A stretch of 64,000 nucleotides of DNA from an uncultured Candidatus Peribacteria bacterium (GCA_964611095.1 CAZSWJ010000003.1:17796-81795), one strand, 5' to 3'. Shown: positions 1 through 9,339, counted from the first letter of the stretch. The notes: a model not told the origin generated them from the sequence alone. Numbers and translations are program-made.

Positions 1-990
1 CAGCTTATCATCTGCGATGACATCGAAGACCTGCAGTCGGTGAAAACCAAAGACGGTCGTGACAAGACCTACAGCTGGCTGATGGGCGAGGTCATCCCCT
101 CCGGCGGACCCAAGACCCGTACGTTCATCGTCGGCAACTTGCTGCATGAAGACTGTCTCCTCAAGAAATTCGAGCGGCACATCGAAGACGGATCGATGGG
201 CGGCATCTATCGCGAGTACCCACTGCTTGATGCTGAGGGCAAAACGCTCTGGCCGGGGAAGTACCCGACCCCCGAGGCAATCATCGAAGAGCGATCGCGC
301 ATCGGCAGCGAGGCGGCGTGGCACCGTGAATTTCTGCTCAGAATCCTCTCCGATGCCGAGCGCGTCATTCACCCGCAGTGGATTCAGTACTACGACGAGT
401 TTCCAGTGGAACAAAAGGGGTGCCATCTCCACCATACGGGAACAGGTATCGATCTCGCCATCTCTCTCAGTGACAGTGCGGACTTCACCGCAATGGTCTC
501 GGCCAGACTCTACTTCATCGATGGGAAAATCCGCATCTACATCCTCCCGAATCCGGTCAATGAGCGATTGACCGCGCTCGATACGTTGGAACGTGCGAAG
601 CAGGTGGCCGATCTCACGAAAGACGGTGGCACATCGAAACTCTACATTGAGGACGTCGGTTACCAATCATCACTCGTCGAACATCTGGAACGAGAGAGCT
701 ACGAAGCAGAGGCAGTGAAAGTGAAGGGACAAGACAAAAGAGCGCGTTTGGCACTCACATCATACGCAGTTCAATCTGGACAGGTTATATTTCCGAAGCA
801 GGGTGCCGAGGATCTCATCAATCAACTCGTGAACTTCGGGATCGAACGTCATGATGATTTGGCCGATGCGTTCTCACTGCTTGTACTCAAAGCGCTTGAA
901 GAGCGGCAGACGAGTATTGGAATTTGCATGATCGGATATGACGGCTCTGTTCATGGATGGGATAGCATTCGCGGCGAGTATTGGGAGTAA
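1..990 (+). CDS. terL: phage terminase large subunit, C-terminal part (5' end lies outside the window)
   Basis: Frame 1 is open from base 1 (QLIICDDIEDL, Walker-B-like). It continues into an RNaseH-like nuclease half (GTGIDLAISLSDSADFTAM ... ERHDDLADAFSLLV). Same frame as track ORF 40..990. Confidence 0.7.
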   Translation, partial: QLIICDDIEDLQSVKTKDGRDKTYSWLMGEVIPSGGPKTRTFIVGNLLHEDCLLKKFERHIEDGSMGGIYREYPLLDAEGKTLWPGKYPTPEAIIEERSRIGSEAAWHREFLLRILSDAERVIHPQWIQYYDEFPVEQKGCHLHHTGTGIDLAISLSDSADFTAMVSARLYFIDGKIRIYILPNPVNERLTALDTLERAKQVADLTKDGGTSKLYIEDVGYQSSLVEHLERESYEAEAVKVKGQDKRARLALTSYAVQSGQVIFPKQGAEDLINQLVNFGIERHDDLADAFSLLVLKALEERQTSIGICMIGYDGSVHGWDSIRGEYWE

Positions 991-1099
991 TTAGCGCTTT
1001 CAGGCGATTCTAGGCGGAGGCAAGCGGGTCTTTCGCCTGGATACCGATCGGGTGTTGCGGCATTGCTGTGGGTAGCTTATTCCCTACCCCAAATTCCTT

Positions 1100-2476
1100 A
1101 TGGCAACCGCCACATTGAGCCGAAAAGCGGCTCTCCCCGAACCCTCCTATATCGATCTCACACCGAAACCGCAGCGAGCAGAGGGAGCCGCCGTCTATTG
1201 TTTGTATGCCAGAAAATCCTCGGAAGAGGATGAAAGGCAAGCGCTCAGTATCGACTCGCAGATCAAAGAAATGCTCGCTGTTGCGAAGCGGGAGAATCTG
1301 GAAATTGCTGAGATCAGACGTGAGAGCCACTCGGCAAAAGCATCCGGTGCCCGTCCCGTCTTCAAACAATTGCTTACTGATATTGCGACAGGAAAATTTA
1401 CAGGAATTCTGACATGGGCACCTGACCGATTAAGCAGGAATGCCGGCGATCTTGGAACGGTCGTCGACCTTATGGATCAGGGTTTCCTCATCGACATCCG
1501 GACACATGGACAGCGATTCACAAACAATCCCAACGAAAAGTTCTTGCTCATGATCCTTTGTTCACAGGCAAAGCTAGAGAATGACAATCGAGGACTCAAT
1601 GTGAAGCGTGGACAGAAGACGAGAGTTGAGATGGGCTACCGGCCATGTTTAACGCCGCTTGGATATCTACAGGAAAAGCAGACAGGCAATGCCAGAAGTA
1701 GAGTCGTGATCGATCCGATCCGTGGACCGATCGTTCGGCAGATGTTCGAGCATGTTTCACAGGGGGCAAGCGGGAGAGTATTGCAGCAATGGCTGAACAA
1801 AGAGGTTCACTTCACCACACGGAAGGGCAAGAAGATCACGCTCAGCATGATCTACCGGATGCTCCGTAACACGTACTACACCGGTCGCTTTGAATACCCT
1901 GAGGGTAGCGGTAATTTTTACGACGGCGATTACGAGCCGCTTTTCTCAAAGAAACTTTTCGATGATGTGCAGAAAGTTCTCGATCTCGCACCGAAGAAAG
2001 AGTGGGGCACGAATGATTTTCACTTCGTCCGTATGTTTACCTGCGGCGGGTGCGAGTCGGGTGTCACGGCGGAGGAGAAGCACAAGTCGCTCAAGGACGG
2101 CAGCATCAAGCGATATATCTACTATCGTTGCACACACAGCCGCAACCTCATGTGCAAGGAACCGTCGATCCGTGAAGATCATCTGATCGAACAACTCACC
2201 GAACTTGTCGACATGATCGACCTCGACGAACTGGGGATGAGGGGAAAACTTGAAGAGGAGGTGTCGCGGTTCAAGAAATTCTCCTCCGGCGTCCTTCGGC
2301 AAACCACCGAGCGAAGTGCGGAGGTGAACAGGGTCGACGTGAGACAGTATGCAAAATACATCCTGCGAGAAGGGACGAAGGACGAGAAGCATGAACTGCT
2401 CGGATGCCTCAAGAGCAAGCTGCTCTTGAAGGATGGATCACTTACGCTTGAGAAGAAAATCAAAGGCAGAAAATAG
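1100..2476 (+). CDS. large serine recombinase (phage-type integrase)
   Basis: N-terminal resolvase domain (YARKSSEEDERQALSIDSQ with catalytic Ser, APDRLSRN), then a recombinase domain and a Cys4 zinc ribbon (CGGCESG ... YYRCTHS). 458 aa. Confidence 0.85.
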   Translation: MATATLSRKAALPEPSYIDLTPKPQRAEGAAVYCLYARKSSEEDERQALSIDSQIKEMLAVAKRENLEIAEIRRESHSAKASGARPVFKQLLTDIATGKFTGILTWAPDRLSRNAGDLGTVVDLMDQGFLIDIRTHGQRFTNNPNEKFLLMILCSQAKLENDNRGLNVKRGQKTRVEMGYRPCLTPLGYLQEKQTGNARSRVVIDPIRGPIVRQMFEHVSQGASGRVLQQWLNKEVHFTTRKGKKITLSMIYRMLRNTYYTGRFEYPEGSGNFYDGDYEPLFSKKLFDDVQKVLDLAPKKEWGTNDFHFVRMFTCGGCESGVTAEEKHKSLKDGSIKRYIYYRCTHSRNLMCKEPSIREDHLIEQLTELVDMIDLDELGMRGKLEEEVSRFKKFSSGVLRQTTERSAEVNRVDVRQYAKYILREGTKDEKHELLGCLKSKLLLKDGSLTLEKKIKGRK

Positions 2477-2483
2477 CCACGGC

Positions 2484-2514
2484 GAACGTCCTCTCCGTTA
2501 AGAGGAGGACGTTC
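2484..2514. terminator. 10-bp perfect hairpin between convergent genes
   Basis: GAACGTCCTC-n11-GAGGACGTTC lies between the recombinase stop (2476) and the stop of the minus-strand gene (2523). There is no clear U-run. Confidence 0.4.
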
Positions 2515-2522
2515 TGCCAGTC

Positions 2523-3434
2523 TTATTTCTTAGCCTTCGACTCGGCTTCGCGAGTCGGGATCGTGCCACCAAAGATGTACTTGAAGGACACGCTTGCCGT
2601 TTTGATTGCAGGATTATCTGTGCCAATTGTCTCGAAAGGGGAGATTTGTCCGGGGAGAATGGGGTTGTACTTGATCATCGCATCATCGCTCTTGATAAAG
2701 TTGTCATCTTTATCATAGAAGCTCGCGACCACCTGTACTCCTTCCATTTTCTGGCCGCTGATGTTCTTCACGGCTCCCTGAACTTTGTCGAAATCGTATG
2801 ACTTCGTGAAATTAAAAGTCTGGAGTTCGAGAAGGGGTGCATCCGCCTGCGTGGGTGCGTTAGCTGTAGTTGCAGGGGTATTCGAAGCTGAAGAAGAGGA
2901 CGACGAATGAGTCGGAGCACTTGCGAAAGCGCCAGAAACGATGGCGAGGAAGAAGACACCGACGATCGAAAGGGCGATGCCATTCTTGTTGGAGAAAGTT
3001 TCAGGTTGCTTCATGCCGGAAGATTCCGCTTTCTTGTCGTAGCTGCTTGTGATGAGATGCATGATAATGCCTCCGATCAAGCCAATCACAAACATCAATC
3101 CGACGACGAATGTACCGCCAATAGCGGTGCCAATAGCGGCTCCTGCTTGCTCCGCATTAGAGCCGGCATTGCTAACGACCCGAGCACCAAGGACAAATGT
3201 ATAGACGACTGCAGAGATGGGGAGCAGAAAGAAACCAAGTTCTGTGAGGCGGAGTAGCCGCTCACTGATGTGATTCTTCTCGGTAAATTGCCATGCGCTC
3301 CAGATCATGACGAGCCAGATGGCAAGGAATCCGAGACCGAGAGCTTTGTTTCCGGTCATCAGACCGTAGTTTTGGGTGAAGACGAGTGCCGGTAGCAGCG
3401 CCAGCAGCACTTTGCGAAGAACGTGGTTCTTCAT
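2523..3434 (-). CDS. hypothetical multi-pass membrane protein with Ser/Thr-rich linker and beta-rich extracytoplasmic C-terminal domain
   Basis: Track ORF 2523..3476 trimmed to the ATG at 3434 (MKNHVLRKVLL). About 5 hydrophobic helices, then SSSSSSASNTPATTA and a domain ending FKYIFGG. Confidence 0.6.
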   Translation of the reverse strand: MKNHVLRKVLLALLPALVFTQNYGLMTGNKALGLGFLAIWLVMIWSAWQFTEKNHISERLLRLTELGFFLLPISAVVYTFVLGARVVSNAGSNAEQAGAAIGTAIGGTFVVGLMFVIGLIGGIIMHLITSSYDKKAESSGMKQPETFSNKNGIALSIVGVFFLAIVSGAFASAPTHSSSSSSASNTPATTANAPTQADAPLLELQTFNFTKSYDFDKVQGAVKNISGQKMEGVQVVASFYDKDDNFIKSDDAMIKYNPILPGQISPFETIGTDNPAIKTASVSFKYIFGGTIPTREAESKAKK

Positions 3435-3680
3435 AAGGAAGTGGGGGAAGGAAGGTAAGACCGTCCCCAGGTACATCCCAAAAGGGACAACCCCGGAGGC
3501 AGGTCGCCCACATTCCCATGCCTGTCGGCACGTTCAGTGGCTGCGCAGGGTTGCCCCTTACGACACTGAAGTGCCAAATATGACAGGAGTATAAAAATAC
3601 TGGGAACTGGGCGACAGACCCAATTTAGCTCACTTAGAAGCCGTTGTGTAGCGGAGTTTGCAAGAGCGGAAAGGACTATT

Positions 3681-4091
3681 TCACTCTCCCTTCTTTTGTT
3701 TCGCCTGGATAAGCCACGTTGAGTGCTCACGGGAAATCTGGCTTTCGCACCGTTCCGTGAGCAACTGATCGCCGCTGGTTCCGGCATAGACGCCCGCTTT
3801 TGACTTGAACATCTCCCTCTCATGCCTGAGCGATTCCGTAGTCGCGCGGTAATTGATCCACTTCTCTTGAGGCTTGAGAACCCCATCGAGAGCTTCAATC
3901 GAGATTATCAGAATGCCAATCAATCCGACAAGCCAACCGGACAGAGCCGAAAAATAACCCATAAAAATAAGGCACGCGGAAATGACAATGGTGGCGATGC
4001 GGAATATATAGAACAAGCGTTTGCTGGCTATACTCTTTCGGTCATACCACTGAATTTCTGGTTCCAGCCGTTGTTCAAGATAATCGCTCAT
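3681..4091 (-). CDS. SLATT / DUF4231-like two-transmembrane protein
   Basis: EIQWYDRKSIASKRLFYIFRIATIVISACLIFMGYF + WLVGLIGILIISIEAL form a 2TM hairpin. This is followed by W.NYRATTESLRHEREMF, the DUF4231 pattern. The gene lies 12 nt downstream of the TIR-like gene. Confidence 0.65.
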   Translation of the reverse strand: MSDYLEQRLEPEIQWYDRKSIASKRLFYIFRIATIVISACLIFMGYFSALSGWLVGLIGILIISIEALDGVLKPQEKWINYRATTESLRHEREMFKSKAGVYAGTSGDQLLTERCESQISREHSTWLIQAKQKKGE

Positions 4092-4103
4092 CGTGTTGAA
4101 GAA

Positions 4104-4571
4104 TTATAATCCAAGCTGCGTATATGTCTCGGATTTATAGTGGTAATCGTCATCTTTGTTCATGGTGTAGTTTTCTAGAGCATGCTTGATAATGGCTGCA
4201 TTGAAAGGAACGAAGATGGCTCCGATGTTATGGATCCAAGAAGGACAACGATCATCACTCTGCCGCGAGCCATTCAAGTTCACGCCAATGATCGTGCATC
4301 CTTTTTCGATGGCCACCTCGGCCTCCCACGGCACATACTTTCTCTTATATTTGGTATTTTCGCCGATGAGCTGGATGAACTTTCCTGCCATGTTGATGCG
4401 CTCACGACATTTACTTTTCACGTAGGCTTCATTATCAGAGTTAATGACATCCGGAAGTTGGCAGTCAGTAAAGTTAAAGTCGATATGCTCATGATTTTTC
4501 CAAGCCTGCATCAGGCGGTAATAATTGATGTCATCACTGCTGAAACCGACGAATGTGCGAGGTAAACTCAT
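4104..4571 (-). CDS. TIR-like protein (MTH538/DUF1863, ThsB-like)
   Basis: RTFVGFSSDDINYYRLMQAW ... FIQLIGENTKYKRKYVPWEAEVAIEKGCTIIGVNLN parallels ThsB (FFSFHYQD ... VLIGSQTFNRRWVRYEIMKSIEKGNKIIGIHIN, recalled from memory). Confidence 0.7.
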   Translation of the reverse strand: MSLPRTFVGFSSDDINYYRLMQAWKNHEHIDFNFTDCQLPDVINSDNEAYVKSKCRERINMAGKFIQLIGENTKYKRKYVPWEAEVAIEKGCTIIGVNLNGSRQSDDRCPSWIHNIGAIFVPFNAAIIKHALENYTMNKDDDYHYKSETYTQLGL

Positions 4572-4728
4572 AGGAGAAGCGATCTTATCCTAATTTTGCT
4601 TATAGCTCAATTTGCGTTCTTGTTGTTCAATTTCTTCCAGAAGAAAGTGGGTCTAGAACAAAATTTGAGATCGAATATTTTGGCTATTCCAAGCCAAAGC
4701 AAGCGGGTCTATATACACGCGCACGTAG

Positions 4729-4803
4729 TGGCTGGGGAGGAGGGATTCGAACCCCCGAATGACGGGTTCAGAGCCCGTTGCCTTACCGCTTGGCGACTCC
4801 CCA
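4729..4803 (-). tRNA. tRNA-Gln (anticodon CUG)
   Basis: The reverse complement folds as a cloverleaf: UGGGGAG/CUCCCCA acceptor, ACGGG-CUCUGAA-CCCGU anticodon arm, GGGGG-UUCGAAU-CCCUC T arm, encoded GCCA end. Close to E. coli tRNA-Gln. Confidence 0.95.
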
Positions 4804-4858
4804 ACGGTTTCGCGTCGGGAGGTTACCCATTTCCTGCGGTTTTGGCCAGGGGACCTGC

Positions 4859-5398
4859 TCAAATCCTCTCACAGCCATGGATACAGATCATGATGCAGAT
4901 CTGGTTCGGGTCGCTGCACGGGCTGCGGCAGACGCTCTTGTAGCCCTCGGGGCAGATTCCCGGGTTCGTGGGAGCGGGCGGCGGAGGCGGTGGCGACGGA
5001 GGTGTTGGCGGCGTCTTGGGATTCTTGAGCGGCCCGCACGGTTTTCGGTCGTTGCTGTAGTCGTTGTTCGCAACGCGGTCGGCGTCGCTCTTCTGCTTGC
5101 GTGCATCGGTGTACTCGCGGCTCCACTGCTTGTCGGCCTCGCGGACGGCGGTCTGCTGCGCGGACTCGTCTTCGTTATTCCACGCATTCACGTAGCCGTC
5201 TTTCTTGTGCTCCATCGCCGCAATGAGCGCGTCATTGTACGTGCGCTGGTTACTGATGATCGCCGACTGGTATTTGGAAACCGCCTGCTGCATGCAGGTG
5301 CGATACTCGGGATTGAGCGTACGAGCCAGCGCTTCGGGCAGCACGAGCGCGCTTCCGACGAGAATGATTGCCGCAAGAAAGAAGGAGAGACGCTTCAT
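4859..5398 (-). CDS. hypothetical secreted protein (signal peptide, Pro-rich linker, Cys-rich C-terminus)
   Basis: MKRLSFFLAAIILVGSALVLPEALA signal, PKTPPTPPSPPPPPPAPTNP linker, and 8 Cys in the last 40 aa. Confidence 0.6.
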   Translation of the reverse strand: MKRLSFFLAAIILVGSALVLPEALARTLNPEYRTCMQQAVSKYQSAIISNQRTYNDALIAAMEHKKDGYVNAWNNEDESAQQTAVREADKQWSREYTDARKQKSDADRVANNDYSNDRKPCGPLKNPKTPPTPPSPPPPPPAPTNPGICPEGYKSVCRSPCSDPNQICIMICIHGCERI

Positions 5399-5463
5399 GG
5401 TCTTATGAGAAGGAGACGGATGATACTCCGAATTCTTTCAATCCGTCATGGTACGCTGCATGC

Positions 5464-6036
5464 ATGGCTGAACTGCCCATCGTCGCACCGACGTCGGCCC
5501 AAGGCTGGGAAGACTGGCTGGACGCGAACCACACGACGTCCAAAGGCGTGTGGCTGCGGCTCTTCAAGAAAGATTCGGGCAAGCAAAACCTCACGTATCC
5601 CGAATCCATCGTCATCGCGCTGTGTTTCGGATGGATCGACGGCGTGCGACACAAAGGTGACGATCTGTCGTACCTGCAACGCTTCACGCCGCGCAGAAAA
5701 GGCGGCAACTGGTCCAAGATCAACGTGGCATCGGTGGAACGACTCACAAAGGAAGGAAAGATGCGCCGGGCCGGCATGAAAGAGGTGGAGGACGCCAAAA
5801 AAGACGGCCGCTGGGATCGCGCGTACCACGGCCAAGGAAAAGCCGACGGGCCGCCGGATTTCCTCGAGGCTCTGAAGAAAAACAAGAAAGCGCTCGCCTT
5901 CTACGAGTCGCTCAACAAGACGAACACGTACGCCATCTATCATCGGCTGCAAACGGCCAAGAAACCGGAGACGCGGAAAAAAAGATTCGACACGTTCCTC
6001 GAGATGATGAAGAACGGCAAAAAGTTGTACCCATGA
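5464..6036 (+). CDS. YdeI/OmpD-associated family protein
   Basis: WEDWLDANH...GVWLRLFKK...ALCFGWIDGVR...RFTPRRKGGNWSKIN...PDFLEAL...NTYAIYHRLQTAKKPETRKKR. Start moved to the ATG at 5464. Confidence 0.7.
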   Translation: MAELPIVAPTSAQGWEDWLDANHTTSKGVWLRLFKKDSGKQNLTYPESIVIALCFGWIDGVRHKGDDLSYLQRFTPRRKGGNWSKINVASVERLTKEGKMRRAGMKEVEDAKKDGRWDRAYHGQGKADGPPDFLEALKKNKKALAFYESLNKTNTYAIYHRLQTAKKPETRKKRFDTFLEMMKNGKKLYP

Positions 6037-7160
6037 AGAAGATCCCCGCCATCAACGGCCTGCGCGGCATCGCGATACTGACGGTGATGGGGTACCACAT
6101 GTGGTACCCCATGGTCGGAGCACGGATCTCCACACCCTTCCTGTCGATCGGTGACACGACGCTGCTCCATTACGGCTTTTTGCAGAGCGGCCAGATGGCC
6201 GTGTATTTGTTCTTCATCATTTCGGGGTTCGTGCTGGCGCTGCCGTATGCCATGGGAACCCGAACGATGGCGAGTAAAAAAGACGCATGGCAGTTCTATA
6301 CGAAGCGTGCGTCGCGCATCCTGCCGCTGTACTACGTTCATCTTGCGATCATCCTGACCATGTACAACCGTTTGCCGAAAGAGATACCGATGATGCTTCG
6401 CGACATCGTGCTCATGGGAACGGCCACGTTTCACTTCGTTCCATCGATGTGGTTCCCGACGTACAACGGCGTCCTGTGGTCCATCGGTTCGGAAATTTGG
6501 TTCTGCGTGCTCATGCCCGGAATCCTCTGGGCCATCCGACGGTACGGACTTGTGCGAACCGTGGTAACCGTCGGGTTTTGCAGCATCCTCATGCAGTGGT
6601 GGGGAACGGTCACCGTGGGAGGAGGCGTGAATTACATCACCGACAACGTCATCGGCGATGCCATCTATTTCTGCCTGGGCATTGCGGCCGCATACGCGCA
6701 CATTCGTCATCGCTTCCGACGACCGTTCCTTCTCGCAGCGACGGGCGCCGTGCTTCTTGCGACAGCGTTCCTGCTGCAAGACAGGGTGATGGTGGGCGCA
6801 TGGCACTTGAAACCGACGATAACGCCGATCATCACCGCCGTATTTGCCGTCGGTTGCACCGCCCTGATGCTCGGACTCATCCATTCCCGCAGCAGAGTAC
6901 TGAGCGCAATCTTCTCGAATCGTCCTCTGCAACTCGTCGGGATGATGAGTTATTCGCTCTACCTCTGGCATCCGTATGCATTGCCCATATTCACTGCCGA
7001 AGTGACATCCTTCAATTTCGTTCGCATGTGCCTGGCGCTCTCATTGCTGGGTTGGCTGAGCTACCGCTACGTCGAATTCGGATGGGTGAAGAACGTCCAT
7101 GAGTTGCTGCCGAAGTCGAGGCAGTCTACACATGACACGAGCCCAATCCCCGTTTCATGA
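6033..7160 (+). CDS. acyltransferase family 3 membrane protein
   Basis: INGLRGIAILTVMGYHMW N-terminus, about 10 TM helices, MSYSLYLWH motif. ATGA overlap with the upstream stop. Confidence 0.8.
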   Translation: MKKIPAINGLRGIAILTVMGYHMWYPMVGARISTPFLSIGDTTLLHYGFLQSGQMAVYLFFIISGFVLALPYAMGTRTMASKKDAWQFYTKRASRILPLYYVHLAIILTMYNRLPKEIPMMLRDIVLMGTATFHFVPSMWFPTYNGVLWSIGSEIWFCVLMPGILWAIRRYGLVRTVVTVGFCSILMQWWGTVTVGGGVNYITDNVIGDAIYFCLGIAAAYAHIRHRFRRPFLLAATGAVLLATAFLLQDRVMVGAWHLKPTITPIITAVFAVGCTALMLGLIHSRSRVLSAIFSNRPLQLVGMMSYSLYLWHPYALPIFTAEVTSFNFVRMCLALSLLGWLSYRYVEFGWVKNVHELLPKSRQSTHDTSPIPVS

Positions 7161-7641
7161 GGTACTTCTGATGGTAGTCCTCGGCCGCGTAAAACGGCGC
7201 GGCGGGTACGATCTGCGTGACGACGGGACGTCCGCCCCATTTGCCGCTCCTGCGCTCGCGCTCCACCGTCTCTTCCGCGATGGCCTTGTGGACGGGTGAG
7301 TCGTAGAAAATCGCCGAACGATACTGTGAGCCAAAGTCGGGCCCTTGGTAGTTGAGACACGTGGGGTTGTGATTGGCGAAGAACACGTCGAGGAGTTTTC
7401 CGTACGTGATGACCGCGGGATCGAACGTGATCTTCACCGCTTCGGCGTGACCGGTTTGATCGGTGCAGACCTGCTCGTACGTGGGACTCTCCACGTGTCC
7501 TCCGGTGTAACCGACTTCGGTGCCGAGAACGCCCGGCAACTGACGGAACGTCTCCTCCACGCCCCAGAAACAACCCGCGGCGAACGTGGCCGTCTCGGTA
7601 TGAATCTTCGGGGCCGATGATGCCTTGGCCTGTTTCTTCAT
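7126..7641 (-). CDS. msrA: peptide-methionine (S)-S-oxide reductase
   Basis: ATFAAGCFWGVEETF active-site motif, GHAEAV, YHQKYL. Confidence 0.92.
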   Translation of the reverse strand: MKKQAKASSAPKIHTETATFAAGCFWGVEETFRQLPGVLGTEVGYTGGHVESPTYEQVCTDQTGHAEAVKITFDPAVITYGKLLDVFFANHNPTCLNYQGPDFGSQYRSAIFYDSPVHKAIAEETVERERRSGKWGGRPVVTQIVPAAPFYAAEDYHQKYLMKRGLGSCHV

Positions 7642-7656
7642 GCTTTCATTCTACAG

Positions 7657-9339
7657 GTGACGTCACATGGGCGTACACTCGTCTCCGTGCATCTCATACG
7701 ACGATATCCATGGCGATGTCTTTTGCTTGCCGGCACGGCGGCCGTCTACGCGTCATCGCTGTGGAACGGATTCGTGAACGTCGACGATCAGTTCCTCGTG
7801 ACCGAGAACGTGCACGTGCTCGTGCCGGCGTTCTCCAACGTATGGTACGTGCTCACGCACTTCGACCCGGAACTCTACATTCCCGTCACGTTCTTCTCGT
7901 ACCAAATCGAAACGTGGATCTTCGGTCCGCACGCGTGGCACTTTCATCTGATCAATCTGCTGCTGCACTTGGGATCGACGCTCCTTGCGTGGTCCATCGT
8001 GACGAAGCTGACGAAAAGTGACGTTGTCGGCGGCATCACAGCGGCGCTCTTCGCGTTGCATCCGCTCAACGCCGAGGCGGTTCTGTGGGTGAGCGCGCGC
8101 AAAGACATCCTGAGCGCGTTGTTCTTCTTGGCGTCCCTGCATCAGTATCTGCGCCACGACGAGACGAACGACAAACGATCCTACGCGAGGAGCATCATCT
8201 TCTTCGTCTTGGCACTCGGCAGCAAAGTGACGGCGTTCACGTTGCCCGTCGTTCTTCTGCTCATCGAGTTCGCGAAACGTTCCGGGCGAACGACATCGGC
8301 GAAAAAACTTTGGCCGTTCTTCGCTTGCTCGATCGTCTTCGGATGCATCGCGCTCGTCGGCAAGTCGGCGGTCACACAGACGATCGAGGCCGGACCGATG
8401 ATCATCATGGCATTGCGCTCGACTCTCTTCTACCTGCAACTCGTCATCGCTCCCGCGGGACAGGCGGTGATGCACGCGGTGCCGAAGACGATGCTGTTCT
8501 CCCCGCTCGTTTTACTCGCGATTCTCACGCTTCTAGGACTGACGCTTTGGCTTTGGAAAGCCAAGAAGGTGGTTCCGGCTGCATGGTGGGGATGGCTCTT
8601 TTTCTGCGTCACGTTGACGCCGACATTCCTGCACTACACGCGTGGCAACGAGTTCTATCTTCTGGCGTCCGAGCGCTACGCGTATCTTCCGTCGATCGGA
8701 ATTTTTCTGATCGTTGCCACAACTTGGACAAAACTTTTTTCACACCCGCAGGTTCGTGCATCGACGCGAACGATTCTCGTCATCGGTTCCTCGTGCGTCC
8801 TCGCGGTTCTCGGATTCCTCACCATTCTTCGCACGTTCGTGTTCCGTGACAGCGTGATGCTGCACATGGATACGCTCCAAAAGCACCCCGATGACAGCCG
8901 CGCGGCGTACGGACTCGCCATGGCACTCCAAGCCGATAAACGGCCCATGCAAGCCGAAATCGCGTATGAGGCTGCACTGAAGATGAAACCCGATTACGTC
9001 GACGTCGCCATCGACCTCGGCATCCTGCTCCTCGGAGAAGGACGACAAGAAGAAGGACTCGCGATGTTGGAGCGCGCGTCGATGATGAGGGATGATTCGT
9101 TCAAGGCGCACTACAACGTGGGCGTCGCGTATCAAAACATTTCACGATGGAGCGATGCGGCGGCGGCGTACGAAAAATCCATCGCGCTGTTTCCCGACTT
9201 CGCCGACGCGCACAAAAACCTTGCGACGGTCTACGGCAAGATGGGGAAGATGAAGGAAGCCGTACGGGAGCTGGAGATCCTCGGGACACTGGATCCGGAG
9301 ATTGCCAAAGCGCTCTCCGAAGCCAAAAAGAAGCTCTAA
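7657..9339 (+). CDS. TPR-repeat membrane protein, TMTC/PMT-like (GT-C) N-terminal domain
   Basis: N-terminal multi-TM region with the NGFVNVDD motif and a C-terminal run of TPR repeats (AYGLAMAL..., AHYNVGVAY..., AHKNLATVY...). GTG start; the start is uncertain. Confidence 0.7.
   Translation: MTSHGRTLVSVHLIRRYPWRCLLLAGTAAVYASSLWNGFVNVDDQFLVTENVHVLVPAFSNVWYVLTHFDPELYIPVTFFSYQIETWIFGPHAWHFHLINLLLHLGSTLLAWSIVTKLTKSDVVGGITAALFALHPLNAEAVLWVSARKDILSALFFLASLHQYLRHDETNDKRSYARSIIFFVLALGSKVTAFTLPVVLLLIEFAKRSGRTTSAKKLWPFFACSIVFGCIALVGKSAVTQTIEAGPMIIMALRSTLFYLQLVIAPAGQAVMHAVPKTMLFSPLVLLAILTLLGLTLWLWKAKKVVPAAWWGWLFFCVTLTPTFLHYTRGNEFYLLASERYAYLPSIGIFLIVATTWTKLFSHPQVRASTRTILVIGSSCVLAVLGFLTILRTFVFRDSVMLHMDTLQKHPDDSRAAYGLAMALQADKRPMQAEIAYEAALKMKPDYVDVAIDLGILLLGEGRQEEGLAMLERASMMRDDSFKAHYNVGVAYQNISRWSDAAAAYEKSIALFPDFADAHKNLATVYGKMGKMKEAVRELEILGTLDPEIAKALSEAKKKL

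Larger units (their letters stand above)
1..4728. mobile_element. AT-richer integrated element / prophage remnant abutting the 3' end of tRNA-Gln (left boundary not in window)
   Basis: Contains TerL, a large serine recombinase and a TIR-SLATT module. By eye the composition is lower in GC than the sequence after 4860. It ends at a tRNA 3' end. Confidence 0.5.

Noticed and set aside
3486-3560. Imperfect inverted repeat GGGACAACCCC ... AGGGTTGCCCC in the island intergenic region
   Set aside because: It matches 9 of 11 positions with a loop of about 50 nt and no flanking signal. Too weak to call an RNA or a binding site.
4572-4728. Search for an att-type direct repeat of the tRNA-Gln 3' end within the island
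   Set aside because: No copy is seen between 1 and 4728. The far end of the element is outside the window and a serine recombinase would not leave one anyway, so no att site is called.
4778-5779. 333-aa plus-strand ORF
   Set aside because: It starts inside tRNA-Gln, runs antisense to the secreted-protein gene and is Arg-rich nonsense.
7055-7080. GGTTGGCTGAGCTACCGCTACG at the end of the acyltransferase gene resembling heptamer-element units
   Set aside because: It has only two or three units, no inverted partner, and encodes a plausible hydrophobic C-terminus (LLGWLSYRYVEF). Treated as coincidence.
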